From: Candidatus Minusculum obligatum
GTDB taxonomy: Bacteria > Patescibacteriota > Minisyncoccia > Phycocordibacterales > Phycocordibacteraceae
Reading direction: 5' to 3'
Assembly (NCBI GenBank): GCA_002331145.1
Contig: DCYT01000001.1
Span: 154,002 to 218,001, forward strand
DNA length: 64,000 bases
Positions within the stretch are counted from its first letter, which is position 1. Every line of letters begins with the position of its first letter. Below are positions 28,013 to 37,340 of this stretch, piece by piece. Both the position numbers and the translations under genes were made by a program. The notes below the pieces were generated by a model. It saw only the letters and a program-made list of their open reading frames with translations, was not told the origin of the DNA and did not search any database.

Positions 28013-29263
28013 TTAGATTATATTTCTTATGTATTCAATTATGGAGCCGATATTCTCCCCATATACCATTCTCGCTATTCCGAATAAATATACCACAATA
28101 ACAAACGAATATGTTATCCATTTCTTGAATATTTTTGGCCTCACCTTGATCATATAAAACGGAATCAACACCATTGGCGCGACAACAATTATGTCCAGGT
28201 AACTCGGGGCCGACAGATAAAATCTGTGAAGTCCAAACATAATGATGACCGCTAAGCATACAAAAAACCAAAACGCCGCCCGGTACAAATGAGCCGGCAT
28301 TATCGTCGCCCAGCGGCTATGCACTTTGAATTTCACAAAATCAGGCTCTTCGAGTTTCGGCTGCACGATAGTCGCGTCCACTCGAAGCGTATCCCGTGAT
28401 GGATCAAATCCGCGCTGAATGGCATTCAGCGTCTCCGCGGCCCAGAACTGAACGCGCACTGTCCGCCCAGAAGAACGCCCGCTCTCTGTCCAACCAGCTC
28501 CGTTGAGATGCGTACTGTTTATCCATCGCACGGCCTGGGAAATACTTTCGCCGTAAACAGGCACCCCTAGTGCAATCATAGCTGGAATGATTGCGTAGGC
28601 ATCGCAGTGCTTCCATAGCGTGCCATCGACACGCGCCTCAAAGAAGCCCCATGAGAACGGCGCTTCGAATTGATCGCGAACGGCCTCAAAATCTCCCGGG
28701 TCGAAATCACGACAACAAGCCAGCGCTTGAATTGCGTACCCCGTAGCTACCACAGTCGGCTCATCGTCGCTGGCAAGCGACCAAGAATTTCCGCGCCGTT
28801 GAACGCGGAGCCACTTCGCCGCATTGCTAATTTCATCATCAAACTGTTCAGCAAGCGAAAGCGCCTTTGTTGCCAGGTGCGTCGAAAACACATCTGACTG
28901 ATCGTCAGCCGCCGTGGCACCCCATCCCCCATCACTGTTAACCGCTTGGAGAAGATGATTTATCGGACCGGTAGCGAGCGAGGCTGCATCTGGCCTGTTA
29001 GCCCAATAGCAAGCCATTGCGGCGAACGCTGAAAAACGGGTGCGCGCACCACGCTCCTCAATATGACTCGCGTAAACGTCGAGGAGGAAGTCCAGCCCCG
29101 ACAGAGCCGTATCTTCATCGCCAGCAAGTTTAAGTACACGAATTGCCTCAGCAGTATTTACGATTGAACTCGGTTGCTGATGGGTCAATCCCCAGCCGCC
29201 GTTGTGATTGCGATTCTTTCGCAACCAACGCGCAGCAGATTCTAGTTGAGTTTCATACGGCAT
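28013..29263 (-). CDS. Prenyltransferase/squalene-oxidase-repeat (alpha/alpha-toroid) protein fused to an AT-rich C-terminal multi-transmembrane extension.
   Basis: Repeats NHNGGWGL, NSDGGWGAT and NGAGWTESG. The last about 100 codons are conspicuously AT-rich and encode three or four transmembrane helices (FWFFVCLAVIIMFGL...). Confidence 0.6.
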   Translation of the reverse strand: MPYETQLESAARWLRKNRNHNGGWGLTHQQPSSIVNTAEAIRVLKLAGDEDTALSGLDFLLDVYASHIEERGARTRFSAFAAMACYWANRPDAASLATGPINHLLQAVNSDGGWGATAADDQSDVFSTHLATKALSLAEQFDDEISNAAKWLRVQRRGNSWSLASDDEPTVVATGYAIQALACCRDFDPGDFEAVRDQFEAPFSWGFFEARVDGTLWKHCDAYAIIPAMIALGVPVYGESISQAVRWINSTHLNGAGWTESGRSSGRTVRVQFWAAETLNAIQRGFDPSRDTLRVDATIVQPKLEEPDFVKFKVHSRWATIMPAHLYRAAFWFFVCLAVIIMFGLHRFYLSAPSYLDIIVVAPMVLIPFYMIKVRPKIFKKWITYSFVIVVYLFGIARMVYGENIGSIIEYIRNII

Positions 29264-29332
29264 GGCAGTCTCTATCTATTTCACATGCTAGCGGCTGACG
29301 GCTTAACTCGCACCAGCTTAGATGGTCGGTCT

Positions 29333-29890
29333 TTAACCCCACATGCGAGACGCGATCAGTCGTTCTTCCTCGCCAACTGCATTTGCGTAGATGGCCGTCG
29401 TTTCCATCTTAGCGTGCCCAAGCCATTTTTGAACCAGGCTAAGCGCCACTCCGCATTGTATCGCGTTTACACCAAATCCGTGCCGCAGCCCCTTAGGAGA
29501 CGCGTGTGCGCCGACGATTTTCGCGGCTGACATGACGCCCTTGACCTTGCTCCAACCAGTGGTGCGGGACCACGGCCACAGGCGATCCGATTGCTCTAAC
29601 CCCGCTGCTCGAATGTATTCCTTCAATTCCGCAATCACGCTCGGCGGAACTGGCACAGCTCGGAATTCCCGCCGTTCGCGCTTCTTGAGACTCTTGAATA
29701 TGACGACGCAATCTGTGTCGTCGACTAGATCGACTGTCGTCGCCAAAGCCTCGGAAATTCGGCATCCGGTAAACGCCAACACGACGCAGAAGAGCCGATC
29801 GGCAGCTGCAAGTTTCTCGGACAAGCTCAGAAAGCGCGCCCGCTCGGATCGATTAAGGTACATTCTCGCTCCAGCGTTGGAATACATCAT
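29333..29890 (-). CDS. Second short tyrosine recombinase (185 aa), a paralog of the first (about 60 % identical).
   Basis: LRHGFGVNAIQCGVALSLVQKWLGHAKMETTAIYANAVGEEERLIASRMWG. The whole protein is colinear with the first recombinase. It lies inside the B-left / B-right inverted pair. Confidence 0.8.
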   Translation of the reverse strand: MMYSNAGARMYLNRSERARFLSLSEKLAAADRLFCVVLAFTGCRISEALATTVDLVDDTDCVVIFKSLKKRERREFRAVPVPPSVIAELKEYIRAAGLEQSDRLWPWSRTTGWSKVKGVMSAAKIVGAHASPKGLRHGFGVNAIQCGVALSLVQKWLGHAKMETTAIYANAVGEEERLIASRMWG

Positions 29891-29952
29891 AAAACTCTGC
29901 GCTAACCGAACCCGATTTCAAACGGTCTTGACGCGCGCTGTTAGCTGATAAT

Positions 29953-29975
29953 CACTATGCACTATAGTGTTCAAA
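29953..29975. repeat. Recombination site B-right (CACTATGCACTATAGTGTTCAAA).
   Basis: Inverted, near-identical copy of B-left. It contains GTGTTCA, identical to the A-site arm. Confidence 0.65.
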
Positions 29976-30028
29976 TTTAACTATGTTTCTTGAAAACACG
30001 CTATTTCACGCGGCACGGTGACCGGCGT

Positions 30029-32908
30029 TCAGTCGCCATCCTGAGGCGGTTTGTTCACACTCGACGCGATGATCTTCGCAACTGTTTCTCGGCGGTGTTT
30101 GGCCTCTTCCTCAGAAACCGGCGTATAGCGGGTCGTTACCTTCCAGCCTCGCACGACGGTCTCGTCGACGGTGAGCTTGGCAGCTCGCGCATTGATTAGT
30201 TCGGTCAGCTCATCAGGCCCGATGATTGAGCAGGACTGTGTGTTGGCTTGATCAAGGTGTTCCTGGATATGGGCGCGATATCGCGTACGCCGGCCAACAT
30301 CCGGGACAACCAGGATGACCTCGTCAAATCCAGCCTTGAAGCATTTTTCAACATTACGCAGCTCAGCGTCTGCGGTGTTTGAGACGGATATCTCAACCGC
30401 GATCGAAAGCTTTTCGTGTTCGAGCCCGACATCGACGCTCCCGCTGCCGTCCAGAACGGTTTGCTCGACCGTCGCCTTGAACCCACGCGCTTGGGCCAGC
30501 TCTCTCACCCATTGCTGCAACCGTCTGTGTTGGCGCCCTCCCACGCCAGCCGCGTATGCATCGATTTCCGCCTTGCGGGTCTCTTTCACATTCTCCTTGG
30601 GGGCTGCATCCTTCTTCGCCGGATCGGATCGAGCCTCGTCTCCAGGTGCATCGGGTTTTTTGGCGCTAGCGGTGTGATCTGGCGCGGAGGGTGGGTCTTC
30701 AGCCCGCTTAGCGGGTGGAGGTGCTTGGTTCTCGGTATGCCGCGTTGGCTCTGTCGGCTCAGGCGCCGCGGGATTATCAGGAGCATCGGCCGCTTCGATC
30801 AGCGCCTCGATCTCATCCAAGGTGCTGCAATAGCGCTCCCGATTTTGGTCGAGAAGGCGGTAATATGCGTCGTCGTCGAGCGAGGCTTGTGTGTTGACCA
30901 AGCCAAGCTGGACATCCATGCGCAAGGCCTGTTCGGTCACACCCTTGGCGTAAACCGCAAACTCAGTGCGGTCGCGGCGCTTGCGCATGGACTGGATCAT
31001 GCCGGCGTCAACGCGCATGTCCTCTGCCATTGCCCGCGCATCCTTGGCCGATACGCCACCAGCAAACTTGATGGAGGTCGAGGCCATGACCGTCGAGCGC
31101 AGGCGCGTTGGCATCTGATCGAGGTGTTGAGCGGCGATGTGAAGGCCCACGCGGTATTTTCGGGCCTGGTTGAAAAGCTGCTCAAGCGTCTCATCGAAGT
31201 AGTCGTGAGCTTCATCGATATAGACATGCACGCGCCGGCGCGCATCTTCCTCCAAGGTCGCCCGCTCAAGGGAGGCCTGGGCGATCTTCGCAATGAAGAA
31301 GCGCCCGAAGATGGAACACCCATCGGCCTTGAGGAGATCTTTGGCCGTATTGATCAGGATGATCTTGCCGGCACTCATCGCTTCGAAGACGTCGAGTTTG
31401 TTTTGCGGGTGCGAGAACATTCGCTCAAATACCGGATTGGCGAGCACGCCCCAAAGCCGTCTCAGAATTTGTTTTTTGGTCGCCGAAAAGCTTGGCGCGA
31501 AGAACTCGGTCTGAAAGAAGCGTTTGGCTGATCCGTCGAGCTTTTGCATATAGGGCCTGAAGGGTTTGCCATCCTCCATCAGCGCGCGCAGCGTTTGAAC
31601 CGTCGCATCGGGAATGACCATCATCAGCCGAGCCAGATAGCGAAAGACGACACCCTGCTTTTGCGTGAGCTCCGCCCCCAATAGCGCCGCGAAGAAATAC
31701 TCATAAAGATCTATGACAGAGTTGAGGACGCGCTCCCTATCGGCCCGGGAATAGCCCTCGAGCCGGTCATGATCGAAAGCGAATAAATTGAGCGCGACTG
31801 GAAACTCCACATCGCTCGGATCGATCAAAACCAGCCGGTCGGCCAACCCTTCCGCGAGATAGGGATCAAAGAGTGCCAGTCGCGAGATCGTCTGAATGAG
31901 ATCGCCCTGGCTATCGATCACGATGACGCCAGGCGCGCAGTCTGCCCCCCTAACCAGATCATGATGGATCAGCTTGAGCAGGAGTTGGGTCTTGCCATGT
32001 CCGGACCCACCGACAATGAGCGCATGCTCACAGCGAAGCTCATCAGGCAGAAAGACTGGAACATGTGCCTCAAGCAGGCCCTGAAAGGGCGTATGACGCA
32101 AATAGGTCTCAACCAACTCAGCGGGACTATCGAAGCGGGCGTCTGCAGGCAGGATATAGGGCCGGGTGGGTGCCGGGTCTTGCGGGTTGATGTTGGAGGC
32201 CAGTGCCAGATTGGCCATCAGCTGCGTCCGGCAATCGAAGAAAAGTTCGTTCATAAAGGCGGGACCGCTTTCGCTGCAGACCTCCCGGACCCAGTCATCC
32301 ATCACGTCGGCCGGGTTTTCGATCATGCCCGCGAGTGGCACTTCAAGCGCAACCGCATCGGCTGAATGCTCATCATCAATGGCGGACCGCTCCGCGACTG
32401 CGTCCAGAACGCTGGCACACATGTGCAGCAGTAAGCCCTTTAAAAGGGGCAGGCGCTTATCAAAAAGATCAAAGAGCCGCTCACGCCGCAGCAAATAGCT
32501 GCGCAGCTCCACCCGCGTTCGCATCGGCAAGGCCGCGATCTCGGTGGGTGGGTCATCGTAGCGCGGATACCAATAGCATTCTTCGATGAGGACATGATCG
32601 ATCAGGTCAAAAAGCGCCTCTGCGAGCGCTCCTGAATAATGGGCATCGCTAGCATGCCAGGCACCGCTTAAAACTTCGGTGATCAGATCAAACCGGTTTT
32701 CAAGTGGGCCTTCCAGCAGCGCATCCTGTCGCGCCTCCAAACGCGCATGCAGGTCCACCAGCTCCGCCAGCTCACGGTCGCGCTCACTCATGCCCCAGCT
32801 GGAAAAAAGGCCTCGCCCGACTTTGGGGCCGAGCGAGGGCATATTGGCAGAACTATTCCAGCCTTCTTGCCAGGCCTTGGCGATCTCGGAGAAAAAGTCT
32901 CCCGCCAT
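30029..32908 (-). CDS. Large cytoplasmic FtsK/HerA/TraD-superfamily P-loop ATPase (959 aa) with a long N-terminal helical region and a C-terminal alpha/beta, possibly nuclease-like, domain.
   Basis: Walker A LIVGGSGHGKTQ and Walker B VHVYIDEAHDYF. The C-terminal about 150 aa (GSVDVGLEHEKLSIAVEISVS...FDEVILVVPD) is loosely PD-(D/E)xK-like. A low-complexity Pro/Ala/Lys linker is present. No transmembrane helix. Confidence 0.7.
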   Translation of the reverse strand: MAGDFFSEIAKAWQEGWNSSANMPSLGPKVGRGLFSSWGMSERDRELAELVDLHARLEARQDALLEGPLENRFDLITEVLSGAWHASDAHYSGALAEALFDLIDHVLIEECYWYPRYDDPPTEIAALPMRTRVELRSYLLRRERLFDLFDKRLPLLKGLLLHMCASVLDAVAERSAIDDEHSADAVALEVPLAGMIENPADVMDDWVREVCSESGPAFMNELFFDCRTQLMANLALASNINPQDPAPTRPYILPADARFDSPAELVETYLRHTPFQGLLEAHVPVFLPDELRCEHALIVGGSGHGKTQLLLKLIHHDLVRGADCAPGVIVIDSQGDLIQTISRLALFDPYLAEGLADRLVLIDPSDVEFPVALNLFAFDHDRLEGYSRADRERVLNSVIDLYEYFFAALLGAELTQKQGVVFRYLARLMMVIPDATVQTLRALMEDGKPFRPYMQKLDGSAKRFFQTEFFAPSFSATKKQILRRLWGVLANPVFERMFSHPQNKLDVFEAMSAGKIILINTAKDLLKADGCSIFGRFFIAKIAQASLERATLEEDARRRVHVYIDEAHDYFDETLEQLFNQARKYRVGLHIAAQHLDQMPTRLRSTVMASTSIKFAGGVSAKDARAMAEDMRVDAGMIQSMRKRRDRTEFAVYAKGVTEQALRMDVQLGLVNTQASLDDDAYYRLLDQNRERYCSTLDEIEALIEAADAPDNPAAPEPTEPTRHTENQAPPPAKRAEDPPSAPDHTASAKKPDAPGDEARSDPAKKDAAPKENVKETRKAEIDAYAAGVGGRQHRRLQQWVRELAQARGFKATVEQTVLDGSGSVDVGLEHEKLSIAVEISVSNTADAELRNVEKCFKAGFDEVILVVPDVGRRTRYRAHIQEHLDQANTQSCSIIGPDELTELINARAAKLTVDETVVRGWKVTTRYTPVSEEEAKHRRETVAKIIASSVNKPPQDGD

Positions 32909-32913
32909 CGTGG

Positions 32914-33318
32914 TCAGGCCGGCTCGATCTCGACAATCTGTTCGGACCCGTCAAATTGCCGCGCGACATCGATATAGCCGCGAATGTTCCGGCAGGCTTG
33001 ATGAACCTGGTTTTCCGTGGCGACCACCTCGTTCAGATCCTTGCATTCCAAGTGCTGGCCACTCACCAGGTCGCCGAGCGAAAAAGAGCGCTTCGTCACG
33101 CGGTCCATGAGCGCGCCGCCCAGGCCGGCCCAGCTTCCCGCTTCTGATTTTGCGAGGTTTTGGTCAGCCGCCTCGGATGTGTAAACGAGTTGGCCTTTGA
33201 GCTTGTACTTTTTGACCAGCTCGGCCTCCTCGTCGGTCAGTTCAGCCATCACGTCGAGAATGAAAATCGGTGTTCCGGTCAGTCCTGATTTTTGGCTACG
33301 GCGTAGTTTGAGTTGCAT
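32914..33318 (-). CDS. Small hypothetical protein (about 133 aa) encoded between the two ATPases.
   Basis: The ORF is tightly packed between the ATPase genes (6-bp gap downstream). No recognisable motifs. Confidence 0.45.
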   Translation of the reverse strand: MQLKLRRSQKSGLTGTPIFILDVMAELTDEEAELVKKYKLKGQLVYTSEAADQNLAKSEAGSWAGLGGALMDRVTKRSFSLGDLVSGQHLECKDLNEVVATENQVHQACRNIRGYIDVARQFDGSEQIVEIEPA

Positions 33319-33399
33319 CTCTGCCTCCCCTGTTATTCGCGTCAAGCGCGAACCGATCAAAGCAAGACAACCTAAAAGAGTCGAGATAAATTTGGCGAT

Positions 33400-34602
33400 C
33401 TATAGTTTTGCCATGGATTTCAACACGACATCGGGCAACACGGTACAGGCACTAAAGGGCTTGGACGGGTTCCCATCGATCAGCAGGCGCAAGTAAATCT
33501 GCTGATTGGCCAGATTGATCATGTCGAGCCGAGCAAACTTGGGATCAAACTCCTTGGCCAAGTATCCCGCATCCTCCGCGCCCACCCGAAAAGCGATGAG
33601 CGTGCCGGCATTACCCAGCGCGGCCCGGCGGATATCCGGATCGATCTGATGGAGATATTGATGGGCCATCGTCAAGCCGAGCCGGTATTTGCGTAGCTCG
33701 GAGAGCATCTGGGCGATCGCCAGGGTCGTGAAGTTCTGAAACTCATCGACATAGACAAAAAAGTCCCGTCGGTCGGCTTCCGGAATACTGGCCCGGGAGA
33801 ACGCAGCAACCGCCAACATGGTCGTCAGGACACCGCCAACCAGACGCGTACTGTCCGCGCCCAATCGCCCCTTGGCGAGGTTCACGATCAAGACCTGTCC
33901 CTCATCCATGATTTTGCGAAGCCGGATCTGTCCCCCATCATCGGTGAAAAAGCGCAAAAGCCGCGGGTCCGCCAATAGCGCCCCGACTTTGGATTGAACC
34001 GGCGCGATGGCGTCAGCCTGATATCGATAAGAGTATTTGGGAAACTCAACCTGCCAGAAGCGTTTGATGGTCGGGTTTTCAATGTGCGGCAAAATGGATC
34101 GGCGATAATCCGCGCTGGTGAGCAATTTGAGCAAGTCCGGCAAATGGGCTGATGGCTGGTCAAGCAGGGCCATGATCGCATTGCGCAAGACATGCTCCAT
34201 GCGCGACCCCCAAGCATCCGCCCACATCATGCGAAAGACATCCAAGAGGCTGGCCGCCACCAATGGCCGCAAAACACTGGGTACCCGCGCAAACGGATTA
34301 TACGCCAAGGCGCAGTCCGGATCGGCCGGGTCAAGATAGACGACATCCTCGCGGCCCAGAGCTTTCGCGTGAGCCAGGCAGCGTTCGGCCAGGTCGCCAT
34401 GCGGATCGAGCACCGCGCAGCCGGCCTCATCCATCACATCGCCTGCAATCAGGGTCTCCAGCAAAGTCGTCTTGCCGGTACCGGTCTTGCCGATGATGTA
34501 GACATGAGAGAAGCGATCCTCAGTCTTGATCCCGAAAAGCCGCGTGTCGATGCGAAATCGGACACGGGCAAATCGGCGGACATTGGCGGCAAGATCTGAC
34601 AT
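33400..34602 (-). CDS. FtsK/HerA/TraD-superfamily P-loop ATPase (about 400 aa), a paralog of the ATPase core of the 959-aa protein.
   Basis: Walker A VYIIGKTGTGKTTL and Walker B FFVYVDEFQNF. Its blocks are colinear with the 959-aa protein (KYRLGLTMAHQYLHQ versus KYRVGLHIAAQHLDQ). The start was chosen at the Met just before the P-loop. No transmembrane helix. Confidence 0.7.
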   Translation of the reverse strand: MSDLAANVRRFARVRFRIDTRLFGIKTEDRFSHVYIIGKTGTGKTTLLETLIAGDVMDEAGCAVLDPHGDLAERCLAHAKALGREDVVYLDPADPDCALAYNPFARVPSVLRPLVAASLLDVFRMMWADAWGSRMEHVLRNAIMALLDQPSAHLPDLLKLLTSADYRRSILPHIENPTIKRFWQVEFPKYSYRYQADAIAPVQSKVGALLADPRLLRFFTDDGGQIRLRKIMDEGQVLIVNLAKGRLGADSTRLVGGVLTTMLAVAAFSRASIPEADRRDFFVYVDEFQNFTTLAIAQMLSELRKYRLGLTMAHQYLHQIDPDIRRAALGNAGTLIAFRVGAEDAGYLAKEFDPKFARLDMINLANQQIYLRLLIDGNPSKPFSACTVLPDVVLKSMAKL

Positions 34603-34896
34603 GCCCTTCAGTGTGCGCCAGGACGGGCTATCCCCGCAGACTGGGTGCGGCGCGCTTTGCGCGCCTTTGTCCTGACCAACCAGACAGAGATCGACTTTAC
34701 CAGAGGCTTCATGTGTGCACCGCCTGTCAGGGCTCCTCATCGCGCCTAGCGCTGTGCGCCGCCGATCGCAACCCGGCAAGCCGGGTCCTTCGCTTCGCTA
34801 CGGTCCATTGGATGCGCTCTGCGGCTTGAACACAGCGCTGGGTCTCTTCGTGTCGCCCGCATCCAGGCGGGCCTTCAAACCAGCGGAGAAACCCCG

Positions 34897-36645
34897 ATGA
34901 ATATAATTACCCTCCCAATTGAGCAGCTTTCCATTTCCAAGCTCAATATGCGCCATGGCCGAAAGGCTCCGGACATCGACGATCTCATCCCCAGCATCAA
35001 AGAAAGGGGCCTCCTCAATCCCCTGATCGTGGTGCCAACCGAGCAATCAGACCGTTTCGAGATTATCGCAGGTCGGCGCCGTTACTTCGCCGCCAAGGCT
35101 GCAGAGACCCTCACCGAGCTGCCTTGCATGGTCTTGGACACTCAAAGCGATGCCGATGCCTTGGAAATCTCGCTGATTGAAAACCTCGCCCGGCTCGAGC
35201 CGGACCCGATGAGTGAATGCGAAGCCTTCGCCAAACTCGTTGCCAAGGGCCGCAGCGTCGAAGAGGTCGCGGCCCTGTTCGCCAAGACGCCCCGCCATAT
35301 CAAACAGCGCCTCGCTCTGGGCAAGCTGATCACGCCGATCAAATCAGCCTTCCGCAAGGACGAGATCGATGCCGCAACGCTGCAAACCCTCACCCTCGCC
35401 AGCAAGGACCAACAACGCGAATGGATGCGACGCCTCACCGACAAGGCCGACTACGCCCCGACCGGCTTGCGCTTGAAGCAATGGTTGATGGGCGGCCAAT
35501 CGATCCAAACCGAGACGGCTCTTTTTGATCTGAACGACTACCCCGGCCAGATCATCACAGACCTTTTCGGCGAGGCGAGCTATTTTGACGATAGCGAAGC
35601 CTTCTGGTCACTCCAGATGTCTGCCATCGACGCCCTGCGCGACAAATACCTTGAAGCCGGTTGGTCCGATGTCGAGGTGATCCCCGCAGAGCGCTATTTT
35701 GAGACGTGGGAGTATGAGAGCCGTACCAGGGCCAAAGGAGGCCATGTCGTCATCGACGTCGCCTCCAGCGGGGCTGTGAGTACGCATGAGGGTTATCTCT
35801 CCCGCCGGGCCATTCGACAGCTCGAAGCGGAAGCTTCCGGCGAGGTGCCTTCCAAGCCGATCAGGCCGGAAATGACCAAGAAGCTTGAAAACTATGTCGC
35901 ACTCCACCGGCATGGGATGGTGCGCACGGCGCTTCTTGAAGCGCCCGATCTGGCCTTGGTGCTGATGGCAGCCCATCTTCTGGTCGGCTCGAATCTTTGG
36001 TCTGTGCGCGCTGATCCGCAGCGGGCCGCGTGTGCGTCAACCGCCACGAGCGTTACGGACTCTTCCGCAAAGGCCGGATTTGAAATGGCCCGTGAACGGG
36101 TCTGCTCTCTTCTCGACATGCCATTTGATGCCAGCCCGTTGGTCACCTCCTCCGGTAAGCCGAAAGCCTTCGCCGAAATGTTCAAGCGCCTGGCTGGATT
36201 GTCACAGCCTGAGCTGATGACGGTACTCACCTTCTTGATGGCCGAAAGCCTTGAAGTCGGGTCCATCGGTGTCGAATTGGCGGGAAGTGCAATGGGCATC
36301 GATCCGGCCGCGCATTGGACACCGGATGAGGCCTTCTTTGAACTCCTGCGGGATAAGCCCGCGATCAACGCCATGCTTGTCCAGACGCGCGGCGAGGCCA
36401 TCGCGAACGCCAACAAGAACCAGACCCGCAACCAGCAGATTGAAGCGCTCAAGACCGGTCTTGGCCAAAGCGACGAGCCTTGGGCCCCGGCCTATCTGGC
36501 CTTTCCCTTCTCCATCTATACGGACAAGTCTGGTGGCGAGTTGGCAGACCATGCCGCCATCATCGAAGCGGTCACAGCTGGCGATGAAGCTGCGAGCGAG
36601 ACGGTCGGTGAAACTACCGCGGAACCGGTTCCCGATGCCGCGTGA
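34897..36645 (+). CDS. ParB/Srx-like nuclease-domain protein with a long C-terminal extension (582 aa).
   Basis: The N-terminal ParB N-domain IEQLSISKLNMRHGRK...GLLNPLIVVP...FEIIAGRRRYFAAK (GxxRxxA box) is followed by about 400 aa without known motifs. It is transcribed divergently from the ATPase operon. Confidence 0.7.
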   Translation: MNIITLPIEQLSISKLNMRHGRKAPDIDDLIPSIKERGLLNPLIVVPTEQSDRFEIIAGRRRYFAAKAAETLTELPCMVLDTQSDADALEISLIENLARLEPDPMSECEAFAKLVAKGRSVEEVAALFAKTPRHIKQRLALGKLITPIKSAFRKDEIDAATLQTLTLASKDQQREWMRRLTDKADYAPTGLRLKQWLMGGQSIQTETALFDLNDYPGQIITDLFGEASYFDDSEAFWSLQMSAIDALRDKYLEAGWSDVEVIPAERYFETWEYESRTRAKGGHVVIDVASSGAVSTHEGYLSRRAIRQLEAEASGEVPSKPIRPEMTKKLENYVALHRHGMVRTALLEAPDLALVLMAAHLLVGSNLWSVRADPQRAACASTATSVTDSSAKAGFEMARERVCSLLDMPFDASPLVTSSGKPKAFAEMFKRLAGLSQPELMTVLTFLMAESLEVGSIGVELAGSAMGIDPAAHWTPDEAFFELLRDKPAINAMLVQTRGEAIANANKNQTRNQQIEALKTGLGQSDEPWAPAYLAFPFSIYTDKSGGELADHAAIIEAVTAGDEAASETVGETTAEPVPDAA

Positions 36646-36716
36646 GCCATCACCTCAATAATCAAGAGCGGGCTTGCGCCCGCTCTTTTTTGCCCATCGC
36701 GTGGGACTTAAAGGAC

Positions 36717-37061
36717 CTAATACTCCTCTGCCAAAAAGAGCGTCAGAACCCGCGTCGTTTTTTCCGGATCGGTGGGATCATCCGAGCCATATTTCAGCGT
36801 CGGATCATAATAATCGATCTTCCACAGGACCGGCTCGTCCTCAATCACGACCCGCCCAAAATCATGCTCGCCATATGGGTCGTTTTCTTCGGAGAACTCA
36901 CTTTGGGCCTGCATGGCTGTCACCGCTTGGGCAATGAACGCATCGCCGCGGTGGACTACCCCCGGGGTGATCAGGATTTGTCCGCCTTCTCCTTTGATGC
37001 GCAAGGCATCATTGAGGTCGCGGATCGCGCAGGTTCGACAATCGTCATCAGTCATCGACAT
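36717..37061 (-). CDS. DUF3768-like small conserved protein (plasmid/ICE-associated family).
   Basis: MSMTDDDCRTCAIRDLNDALR...DPYGEHDFG...WKIDYYD. An AAGGAG RBS lies 7 nt upstream of the chosen ATG. Confidence 0.55.
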   Translation of the reverse strand: MSMTDDDCRTCAIRDLNDALRIKGEGGQILITPGVVHRGDAFIAQAVTAMQAQSEFSEENDPYGEHDFGRVVIEDEPVLWKIDYYDPTLKYGSDDPTDPEKTTRVLTLFLAEEY

Positions 37062-37340
37062 GATTTTGCTCCTTATCGCGTCGCCGGCATCGAGGATCGG
37101 TGCCGGCGGACGACACCGAGCAAAACGGTGTCTTCCAAACTGAACGCTTGTTTGTGCGGGCGGCAGGTCCCGCACACCCATCATGGTCGCATGAGCAGCG
37201 TTATCCCCACAGGCTGGGTCATGCGCGGTTTTCGCGCGTGCGCGCGCCTTCGGGGATGTTAGGGACATCCCCGAAGGCGCGACGGCGCGAGGCCAGGGCG
37301 AACGGCGCGTATCGGTGGTGGACGGCTAAGCCGTCTCGGC

